From the NCBI GenBank assembly GCA_030612885.1, contig JAUWMZ010000002.1, positions 80,923 to 144,922 of the forward strand: a stretch of DNA of 64,000 nucleotides, given 5' to 3'. Shown one piece after another: positions 27,675 to 35,104 of this stretch. This DNA is from Candidatus Nealsonbacteria bacterium. Lineage in GTDB: Bacteria; Patescibacteriota; Minisyncoccia; Minisyncoccales; JAGMDC01. The position numbers and the translations under genes were made by a program. Numbering within the stretch: position 1 is the stretch's first letter; each line of letters begins with the position of its first letter. The notes under the pieces are model-generated. The model was not told the DNA's origin, ran no database searches, and saw only the letters and a list, made by a program, of their open reading frames with translations.

Positions 27675-27766
27675 GCTGATTTCATCGAGACTTGTTGAAG
27701 TTTGATTTCAACAAATTAATAAGGTTTTAACGTCCAGTCCTGACGAATTTTAAATAAAACTTAAAT

Positions 27767-28471
27767 ATGAAAAAATTAGTAAAAATTATCATTACCTTAG
27801 GTGTAATTGGAGTTGTATTAATTGGTGTTTGGTTTTCATTAGATAAAACCACCAGATGTAAATTGATTTATGGAAAAAATATCTGCAATTTTTATGCAAT
27901 GATGGATACTGTAAGTCATAACCCTGAAACCTCTGATTTTGAGAAAGCAATGCAATTATGCCAAGAAATGAGCGATGTTCCTAAAAAAGATGGTTGCTTT
28001 GAATATATTGCTCAAGTAGTTTTTTTCTATGATGTAGAAAAAGCGAAAGAGGCGTGTGACGAAATTAAGGGATTTGATGGCGTTTACGGCAAAGAAGATT
28101 GTTATAAGATAATTCAAAAACCAGATGAAAAAGAATTTGCCAGACAAATCATTGAGAAATTTATAATTGCCAGAATTCAGAGAAATCAACCATTTGCTGA
28201 GAGTTTTCTAACCGACAATGCTAAGGGGCAATATCTTGTGCGTAGCGATTTGCCCTTAGTTGGGCTTTCTAATCCTCATTTTGCCAGTTACGAGGTTTTA
28301 GAAACAGAAAAATTAGATTCTACTCAATTTAAATTTAAAGTAAGAATTTACGAAGAATATACTAGCGAGGGAATAATTGATTACTTTGACGAGACCTTAA
28401 TCGTAGTTAAAAAAGATGATAAGTATATGGTTGATTCGTTAATAGAACGGAGCAAAGTTATAGAGCTTTAA
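27767..28471 (+). CDS. membrane-anchored Cys-containing protein, paralog B2
   Basis: See 25314..26012. Confidence 0.6.
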   Translation: MKKLVKIIITLGVIGVVLIGVWFSLDKTTRCKLIYGKNICNFYAMMDTVSHNPETSDFEKAMQLCQEMSDVPKKDGCFEYIAQVVFFYDVEKAKEACDEIKGFDGVYGKEDCYKIIQKPDEKEFARQIIEKFIIARIQRNQPFAESFLTDNAKGQYLVRSDLPLVGLSNPHFASYEVLETEKLDSTQFKFKVRIYEEYTSEGIIDYFDETLIVVKKDDKYMVDSLIERSKVIEL

Positions 28472-28483
28472 TCTTTCCAAAAC

Positions 28484-28511
28484 GCAACCTTTTTCGACCA
28501 AAGGCGTTATA
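28484..28511 (+). promoter_or_regulatory. second ECF-type promoter GCAACC-N14-GCGTTATA
   Basis: Same motif and spacing as 26017-26044; ~70 nt upstream of ORF 28583. Confidence 0.6.
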
Positions 28512-28582
28512 TTTACAGAGTATCAAGCGATGCTCGTAAAGGTCGAAAAAGGTAATAAATAACTATCTAAATATCTAGAGTT

Positions 28583-29851
28583 ATGAAAAAAGAAGATTTA
28601 ATCAAAAAATTAGAAACTATTAAAACTCCGGAAATTGAAATTCAGAGCCACAAACAAAGATTAAAAATGGCCCTGCTTAACTCTGGATATTTTAAGGAGA
28701 AAACTATTATGTTTTGGACAAAAAGATTAGTTCCAGTGGGAGTCGCTTTGGCTTTAATTTTAGTTTTGGGTATTTCAGTAATTCAACCGAAATTACAGAT
28801 AGCCAGAGCTATGGAAATCGCCAAGAACGACCCTCAAATTAAAGAGTTAATGGAAGAATACGGAGTAGAGATTAAAGAGATAAAATTGCAGGACGGCAAA
28901 GCTTATGTCTTACTTACTCTTCCTGAAGAAAAATTGCCCCCTGTACCTGGCTTAGAAAAAAGAGCTCTCTCTACAGAAGAAGAGGAAACTGGCATGCTTG
29001 GTATGCGCGGACCCGGGCAATTTTACATCGTCTACCACGACCCTGAAACAGGCGAAATAATAGAATCTTCTGGTTCGGTTGCTGAAATAGACCTTAAAGC
29101 AAAAAAAGTAGCAAAGCTTGAATTGATTGAAACACTACAGATTAATATCACTCCTTTAACCGAGGAAGAGAAAGTCAGAGCAATTGAAATTGCCAAAAGC
29201 GAGCCAAAGATTCAGGAGATGATTTCTGATTTAGAAGAGAGAGAAATAATTGTCAAGCCACTGCCTCCTCTCAAACTTCGCTTAGACGAAGATCCTGATG
29301 ACGGAATGGAAATTACTTCTGCCGACCCGAACGAAGACAAAAGAGCCAATGTGATTTTCAAATCCGATGAATATCAGGATACAATCACGGTTAATCTGAC
29401 CACGGGCAAAGTGGAAGGAGCGGTGTCATTCTCAACTGGCAGAATTGAAAGACCTCAATCCGAATATCCTATGCCAATTAAACCTTATCTCATTAAGCCC
29501 AAGTTTTATCTTGAGCCGGACAGAATAGAAACACTTTTACCTGATGAAGGAGTAATAATAAGCGAAGGTCAACTAAGCGGTCCCGGAAGCGCTACTGAAA
29601 AAGAAATGTTCGCGGCAATGCTAAAGGAAATTGGCGAGAAAGACGACAGAATCAAAGATTTATTAAAAGATAATGATTATGAGATTTTGGAGATTATCAG
29701 GTCAAAGCCAGTGATTACCAAGACCGAAACCAGCGAAACAATAAGAGTGGAAACAGTCACTATAGTTTTAGAAAAGGAAAGTACAGGAGAAGATTACTGG
29801 ATTACCATAGATTTGGGAAGTATGACGGTGGCATCAATAGAAAAGGAATGA
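28583..29851 (+). CDS. single-pass membrane protein with repeated PepSY-like modules (anti-sigma/sensor candidate)
   Basis: Cytoplasmic N-terminus, TM at ~aa 47-68. Repeats such as MEIAKNDPQIKELMEEYGVEIKEI and AIEIAKSEPKIQEMISDLEE. Sits behind an ECF promoter. Confidence 0.45.
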   Translation: MKKEDLIKKLETIKTPEIEIQSHKQRLKMALLNSGYFKEKTIMFWTKRLVPVGVALALILVLGISVIQPKLQIARAMEIAKNDPQIKELMEEYGVEIKEIKLQDGKAYVLLTLPEEKLPPVPGLEKRALSTEEEETGMLGMRGPGQFYIVYHDPETGEIIESSGSVAEIDLKAKKVAKLELIETLQINITPLTEEEKVRAIEIAKSEPKIQEMISDLEEREIIVKPLPPLKLRLDEDPDDGMEITSADPNEDKRANVIFKSDEYQDTITVNLTTGKVEGAVSFSTGRIERPQSEYPMPIKPYLIKPKFYLEPDRIETLLPDEGVIISEGQLSGPGSATEKEMFAAMLKEIGEKDDRIKDLLKDNDYEILEIIRSKPVITKTETSETIRVETVTIVLEKESTGEDYWITIDLGSMTVASIEKE

Positions 29852-30193
29852 ACAGAGGATCAAAGATGGATTAAAAAAACGCCAAAGTTTTGCAAAAACA
29901 GCCCGAATTGGGTTGTTTTTGGTTACTTTTTCCAATAAAAAAGTTTGCATTACGGAATGCAAGGTGGACGCAAACTTTTAAATTAAAAATCCCTCCGATT
30001 TTAGAGGATTTTTCAACCTTTTTTAACCCATTTTTGAACTGAAATTAGTGCGAGGGATCGAGCGATAGCGACCGACAAAGAAGGAATACAAATTAACAAA
30101 GCTATGTTAGAAAACCACACTGAAAGTGTATATAGTCGGGGGTAAGGATTGTCAGTTTTTCAGGTCTCTTTTCTTGGAGTTATGGATAAGATT

Positions 30194-30202
30194 TGGTAGA
30201 AT
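30194..30202 (+). promoter_or_regulatory. extended -10 TGGTAGAAT
   Basis: 52 nt upstream of ATG 30255. Confidence 0.45.
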
Positions 30203-30254
30203 GATAGAGAAAGTTTGAAGACGGTTAGCCCTTGAGCTAGATTAATTTAAATTT

Positions 30255-30842
30255 ATGGCAAACAAAGATTATCAAACTATAAATGAAAGACAAAGTTATG
30301 TCCAAAAAAGTGGCGAGGAATGGGAAAACAAAGTAATGAATTTTGTAAATAAAAAATTGAAAGATATTGAATCTGATTTATTTGTAATTAAGGGTAATTC
30401 TATTCAAAAAAACTCTCCCTTATGGAAGAAACTATCAATACCAGTAGGTAATCCTGGTTCAGAACAAAAAATTTGGGGAGATATTGATTTAGTCGCAATC
30501 GATGAAAACAAAAATCCTATCGCAGTAATAAGTTGTAAAACAAGTTTACATGGCAGATTTTCTGAAACACTTTTTTATGCAGTTGTTTTGAAAGAGTTGG
30601 TTGAAGAATTAAAAGTTGTATTTGCTACACCAGATAAAGGAAGACAGCAGAAAGGAAAGATTTGGCAATCTGAATGGGGGAGTGAAGATAAACCAACAAA
30701 AGACAGATTACTTGGTTCGCATTATCTTGATGGGGTTTATATTCTGAATAAAGATACAAAACTTGGTGGAATGATTAAATCATTGGACGACCTTCCAAAA
30801 GATTTAATAGAATGGCACAAGAAATCAAAATTAGTTAAATAA
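30255..30842 (+). CDS. PD-(D/E)XK-like nuclease, candidate restriction endonuclease
   Basis: GDIDLVAIDENKNPIAVISCKTSL resembles a D...(S/E)xK nuclease core. Convergent with the methyltransferase, 31 nt apart. Confidence 0.4.
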   Translation: MANKDYQTINERQSYVQKSGEEWENKVMNFVNKKLKDIESDLFVIKGNSIQKNSPLWKKLSIPVGNPGSEQKIWGDIDLVAIDENKNPIAVISCKTSLHGRFSETLFYAVVLKELVEELKVVFATPDKGRQQKGKIWQSEWGSEDKPTKDRLLGSHYLDGVYILNKDTKLGGMIKSLDDLPKDLIEWHKKSKLVK

Positions 30843-30873
30843 ATGAAATATTTTCTGGAAAAAACACTCTATT

Positions 30874-32304
30874 TTAGAGCGTTTTTTCTTTTCTATTAAT
30901 TATAAGTTTTTGTTGTTTTGATATAGTATTCACTCTCTCTTGGGCGGTTTTACAATATTGAGGAGATATATCTATATGAACAAAATGCCTTCCAGTTTTT
31001 ACAGCAACAGCGGCAACAGTTCCAGTTCCACCAAACATATCTAAAACATTATTATTTTTGTAAGAATAAAATTTAATTAATCGATAAATCAATTCTTCAG
31101 GAAAAGGAGCAGGGTGACCTTTTCTTCGTCTTTCTGGTTGAATACGCCACATACCATCAGAGAATTTCATAAATTCGTCTTTAGTAATATCTGCTTTTTT
31201 ATAACTACCATCTAATTTATCTTTATCTTTTGAAAAAATTAGGACATATTCCCAAGAAGGAACAATATGAGGATTAGACGGGCTTTTGAAACTTCCCCAG
31301 GCTGTTCTTTTGAGCATTGTTTGTTTATACCAAATAATTTCTGTTCTGAATTTCATTCCTAATTTTCTAAATTGATTTGTAAAATCATGATGTAAAGGAA
31401 CGAAATCTTTTATCCCTGTCGGAGCAATATTCAAAGCAAATCTTCCACCAGGTACAAGCACTCTTTTTGTCTCTTGCCATACTTTTTCTAACCAATCTAA
31501 ATATTCTTGATATTTCATTTTGTCAAAATGATTATCATAATCCTTGCCAACATTATAAGGCGGGGAAGTAATTGCTAAGTCAATAGAATTATTTGGAATT
31601 TCGGCCATTTTTTCTAATACATCACCACAAATTATTTTATCAAATTCAAATTTTTTAATTGCTTTTTGTTTAACAACCCTAAAAGTTTTGGCGCCTATTT
31701 TTAATTCTTTAAAGGTTCTAATAACGCTAATAACTTTTCCCTGAATAACTATCTCTTTTGTAAAAATTGGTCTAAGAGTTGGATTTGCTGGTTGCAGGCG
31801 AAATCCGTTTTTTTCTCTGTAAATTTTCTTTAGAGTCACTTCATTGTCATTTATTAAGGCAACCACTGTTTCTCCGTTTTCTGCTGTTGGTTGTTTTCTT
31901 ATAACTACAGTGTCGCCGTCAAAAATCCCTTCATCAATCATACTATCGCCCTGTACTCGTAAGGCATAATGTTCACCTGATTTAGATATTTGAGATTTAG
32001 GAATTTTAATTGTTTCTCTATCTTCTATTGCTTCAATTGGTTCGCCAGCAGCAATGGTCCCAAGTAGAGGAATACGTATTAAATCTGAATGTTTCTTTTG
32101 ATGGCTTAATTCAATCGACCTCGGCTGATTTTCTATTTTTTCTAAATATTCCTTTCCTCTTAGCGCTTCTATATGTTGATGAATAGTTGATACCGAAGAC
32201 AATCGAAAATGTCTCTTTATTTCTTCTAAAGAGGGGGCATAGTCATTTTCTTTAATACACTTAGTAATATAATCCAATATTTGTTTTTGTCTTTTCGTAA
32301 GCAT
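30874..32304 (-). CDS. LexA (wHTH + S24 peptidase) fused to a SPPY-type amino-DNA methyltransferase
   Basis: Start at MLTKRQKQILDYI (ATG rc 32302-32304). LexA hallmarks: LLGTIAAGEP (Ala-Gly site), VQGDSM (Ser), VTLKK (Lys), GKVISVIRTF end. Then the MTase with DLAITSPPYN (motif IV) and VLDMFGGTGTVA (motif I). Confidence 0.8.
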   Translation of the reverse strand: MLTKRQKQILDYITKCIKENDYAPSLEEIKRHFRLSSVSTIHQHIEALRGKEYLEKIENQPRSIELSHQKKHSDLIRIPLLGTIAAGEPIEAIEDRETIKIPKSQISKSGEHYALRVQGDSMIDEGIFDGDTVVIRKQPTAENGETVVALINDNEVTLKKIYREKNGFRLQPANPTLRPIFTKEIVIQGKVISVIRTFKELKIGAKTFRVVKQKAIKKFEFDKIICGDVLEKMAEIPNNSIDLAITSPPYNVGKDYDNHFDKMKYQEYLDWLEKVWQETKRVLVPGGRFALNIAPTGIKDFVPLHHDFTNQFRKLGMKFRTEIIWYKQTMLKRTAWGSFKSPSNPHIVPSWEYVLIFSKDKDKLDGSYKKADITKDEFMKFSDGMWRIQPERRRKGHPAPFPEELIYRLIKFYSYKNNNVLDMFGGTGTVAAVAVKTGRHFVHIDISPQYCKTAQERVNTISKQQKLIINRKEKTL

Positions 32305-32312
32305 ATTTTTAT

Positions 32313-32350
32313 TTGACACTATTTTTACCTTTGCTATAATTATTATAGCA
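32313..32350. promoter_or_regulatory. TTGACA-N16-TATAAT promoter (+) overlapping the 19-nt palindrome TGCTATAAT-T-ATTATAGCA
   Basis: TTGACA at 32313-32318 and TATAAT at 32335-32340. The palindrome at 32332-32350 gives a TGCTATAAT extended -10 on both strands. Confidence 0.65.
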
Positions 32351-32428
32351 TACCGAAAAAGAACCGAAAACACTGTCAACCTGTGGATAACTTTTAAAAG
32401 TCGAAAATTTAATTGAGAAATAAAATTT

Positions 32429-33559
32429 ATGGAAAATGGTGATTTTTTACTAAGAAACGAATATGAGATGTGTGAGTTTTTTGAAGATATTTTGTTTATG
32501 AAAACAGAAAAGTTTTCACCAGAACTGAGACACGAATTAGAGGAACGAAAACTTAGATTAAACAACGAAGATATAGCTCTTTTAGACAAGACAGGCGTTC
32601 TGAATCGCATTTTTAGAAGGTGGCTTCAAACTACTTGGCTCTATGAAGGAGATTCTAAACATTTTAAAGGAGAAACTCCGCGTCAGGAATTAGCAAATCT
32701 TTATCCTGATTTAGAAAATGGCTGGGATTTTATGTCGGTGAAATTAAGAAAGAAAAATGAAGAATGGAATGTTGCTCCATGCTATTTTTCCAAGAAATGG
32801 CTGGAAGAAGAAAGAAACATATTTGAATTCGGATTAAAGAATTTGAAAGATGAAAAAAATGAGTTTGTGGAACCACAGTTAGATTGCGAATTTAAAACTT
32901 TTATTGCTTGGCTTTTGCGTACAGAAAAAGTTGCTAAAAAAATCAATCCCAAAATGGAACATAAGAACGATTTTATTAAATACTTAATGTTATTTTTTGA
33001 AACAGCTTCTGCTAACATAGTGCTAAATTGTAAGACAAATTTAACTAAAGAAAAATTCGGAAAAGCAAGCTTTGAACTAAGGAAATATCTATTTTGGCTT
33101 TTTGAAAACCAACCTCGTGGCAAAGATAATTATTGGGACATTGATGATGTATTTTTTAATTGCTGGAATATTTTAAGAAAGGCAGATAAAAATCTTGTTT
33201 CATACAAAGATGCGGTAGATATTGGTGATAGAGTTCAAAGAATAGAAAGAGACAAACTATTACAAAAATCGGCGGAGGTATTGTATAGACTCGGAGTATC
33301 CTTTGATAGATATTTTCTTTTTCCTTTGGATAGATATTTTGGAGGGATGGAGATTGTTTGGACAGATACGCAAGCATTTTTAAATGAATTAGCAATAACA
33401 ATAAATCTTTTAAAAAATAATTTAAGCATAGAACGTAATTTGGAAGCTGAAAAAAAATTTTTAGACATTGGCGATATTACATACGATATTAGATATATCT
33501 GGTTTGCTCCTTCAACCTCTTTTCGTTTTTTAGGATCAATTTATCGATATTTCGATTAA
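32429..33559 (+). CDS. hypothetical 376-aa protein, divergent from the LexA-MTase gene
   Basis: Long clean ORF with no motif I can recognise. Confidence 0.6.
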   Translation: MENGDFLLRNEYEMCEFFEDILFMKTEKFSPELRHELEERKLRLNNEDIALLDKTGVLNRIFRRWLQTTWLYEGDSKHFKGETPRQELANLYPDLENGWDFMSVKLRKKNEEWNVAPCYFSKKWLEEERNIFEFGLKNLKDEKNEFVEPQLDCEFKTFIAWLLRTEKVAKKINPKMEHKNDFIKYLMLFFETASANIVLNCKTNLTKEKFGKASFELRKYLFWLFENQPRGKDNYWDIDDVFFNCWNILRKADKNLVSYKDAVDIGDRVQRIERDKLLQKSAEVLYRLGVSFDRYFLFPLDRYFGGMEIVWTDTQAFLNELAITINLLKNNLSIERNLEAEKKFLDIGDITYDIRYIWFAPSTSFRFLGSIYRYFD

Positions 33560-33580
33560 AATTTACTTTACAAGATACAC

Positions 33581-33617
33581 TAACGGCCGTCTCTCATTTT
33601 TGTAGTTTTAAGAGATT
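33581..33617 (+). repeat. 37-nt repeat TAACGGCCGTCTCTCATTTTTGTAGTTTTAAGAGATT (copy 1 of 2)
   Basis: 32/37 identical to 40128-40164. Both are preceded by ACTTTAC and follow the stop of a plus-strand ORF. Confidence 0.8.
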
Positions 33618-33712
33618 AGCAAAAAACGAAATCTAACGGTTTCGCTTTTTTGTTTTCAAAAGATTGATAAAAAGTTAAAAATGGGTTAAATTAAAAATAG
33701 AAAGTAAGGAAA

Positions 33713-33736
33713 AAAAATGGGGTCAACTCTATTTTT
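33713..33736 (+). repeat. 24-nt repeat AAAAATGGGGTCAACTCTATTTTT (copy 1 of 3)
   Basis: Other copies at 37336-37359 and 39487-39510. Partial AAAAATGGGT(T/A) at 33677 and 37326, and the rc AACCCATTTTT at 30025. Confidence 0.85.
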
Positions 33737-33817
33737 GATTTCAGAAACGGGTTTTTCAACCTGTTTTTTCTTTGTTAAATTGGTATAATACAGTAAAGAA
33801 TAAAATTTTTAGATGAT

Positions 33818-34063
33818 ATGAGTAAAAAGCAAAAAGTATTAACTGAAATTTATAGAATTTGCCAAAAACAAAATGATTTTGTTTTTGACAATGATTTAGT
33901 AAAAAGAATTGCCAATTAAACAAATCTCAACTTGTTATATTTTACGAAAGAAAATTGATAATAAGTCAATTTTGCGTTTGTATAATTATACTTTTGAAAA
34001 TGTAAATAATATAGCTTCAATCAAATTACTTAAATCTGCTCAATATTATTTAATTAAAAAATA
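33818..34063 (+). pseudogene. possible frameshifted small ORF upstream of the second methyltransferase
   Basis: A 33-aa ORF (MSKKQKVLTEIYRICQKQNDFVFDNDLVKRIAN*) ends at 33919. The +1 frame then stays open from 33918 to 34063. Confidence 0.3.
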
Positions 34064-34070
34064 AAAAAAT

Positions 34071-34910
34071 ATGAATAAATTTTCTTTTAATAATGTTTAT
34101 AATACAGATGTGATGGAAGTTTTGAAAGGATTGCCAGATAAAAGTATTGATATGGTTTATGGTGATCCGGACTATAATGTTGGTATAAAATATAATGATA
34201 AATCTTATACAAAAAATTTTAATGAATATATTGAATGGTATACAGAATTAGCAGAAGAATCATTAAGAGTTTTGAAGGATGACGGCAATTTATTTTTTAT
34301 TAACTATCCAAAACAGAATGCCTATTTAAGAGTTAAATGCTTAGACGAGGTTTGTTATAAAGTGTCGGATTATGTGTGGGTCTATAATACTAATGTTGGA
34401 CATAGCTCAAAACGATTTACTACCGCCCACAGAAGTATTCTGCATTGTCAAAAGACAAAAGATAATAAATTTTGCAAAAAAAATGTAGCTGTTCCATATC
34501 AAAATCCAACAGATAAGAGAATTTTAAAAAACATCGCCAACGGTTCTAAGGGGAGGATGCCTTATGATTGGTTTTATTTTGATTTAGTAAAAAATGTGTC
34601 AAAAGATAAAACATTTCATCCTTGTCAGATACCAAAAGGCTTAGTGGAGATGTTAATCAAGGCGAGTACCAAGGAAAACGATAGAATATTTATTTTATTC
34701 GGTGGTTCGGGAAATGAAATTTTACTTTGTAAAGAATTAAAGAGACAGTTTATTTCTGCTGAGATTGACAAAAAATATTATAATATGATTCTTGATAGAT
34801 TAAGTAATGGCGGTATTATCAGGAAAGATTATAAGTTGCAAGGAATAAATCGCAATAAGGTAGAATTTTCTTACGCTCAAAAAGAATTGTTTTTTGTTAA
34901 ATCAGTATAA
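34071..34910 (+). CDS. beta-class amino-DNA methyltransferase with variant motif IV (DPDY)
   Basis: DMVYGDPDYNVG where (D/S/N)PPY is expected. FHPCQIPKGLVEMLI and ILFGGSGNE (motif I). Confidence 0.7.
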   Translation: MNKFSFNNVYNTDVMEVLKGLPDKSIDMVYGDPDYNVGIKYNDKSYTKNFNEYIEWYTELAEESLRVLKDDGNLFFINYPKQNAYLRVKCLDEVCYKVSDYVWVYNTNVGHSSKRFTTAHRSILHCQKTKDNKFCKKNVAVPYQNPTDKRILKNIANGSKGRMPYDWFYFDLVKNVSKDKTFHPCQIPKGLVEMLIKASTKENDRIFILFGGSGNEILLCKELKRQFISAEIDKKYYNMILDRLSNGGIIRKDYKLQGINRNKVEFSYAQKELFFVKSV

Positions 34911-35084
34911 CAAGATATTAAAAAAATATTTGAAATTGCGAATTAAAAAATTTAAGCAGAGGTAACATTAAGCAGCAAAAGCAGGGCCAAAATTATTCTC
35001 AAGTTCTCGAGAACATTGGAATGATTTTATTAAACAAGAATCGCCGAGAGGGCCTGTCTCTCCTCGACGAAGTGGGTGGTTTTT

Positions 35085-35093
35085 TGGTAGAAT
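35085..35093 (+). promoter_or_regulatory. extended -10 TGGTAGAAT, 11 nt before the engB ATG
   Basis: TTTTTGGTAGAATAAAAT, the same context as at 24824. Confidence 0.5.
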
Positions 35094-35104
35094 AAAATAG
35101 AATT

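Larger units (their letters stand above)
24839..28511 (+). repeat. segmental duplication: [A gene - B gene - ECF promoter] occurs twice (24839-26044 and 27276-28511)
   Basis: Paralog pairs A1/A2 and B1/B2 plus the conserved downstream GCAACC-N14-GCGTTATA. The offset between copies is 2437 nt. Confidence 0.8.

Noticed and set aside
24839-28471. Paralog pairs A1/A2 and B1/B2 considered as template/variable repeats of a diversity-generating retroelement.
   Set aside because: There is no reverse transcriptase in the window. Differences are spread over whole genes and are not adenine-specific. This is a plain segmental duplication.
32305-32610. The track extends the LexA-MTase ORF 102 codons upstream (MRFRTPVLSKRAISS...).
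   Set aside because: The extension overlaps the divergent ORF 32429 and the promoter/palindrome, has no protein-like features, and a canonical LexA N-terminus begins at ATG 32304.
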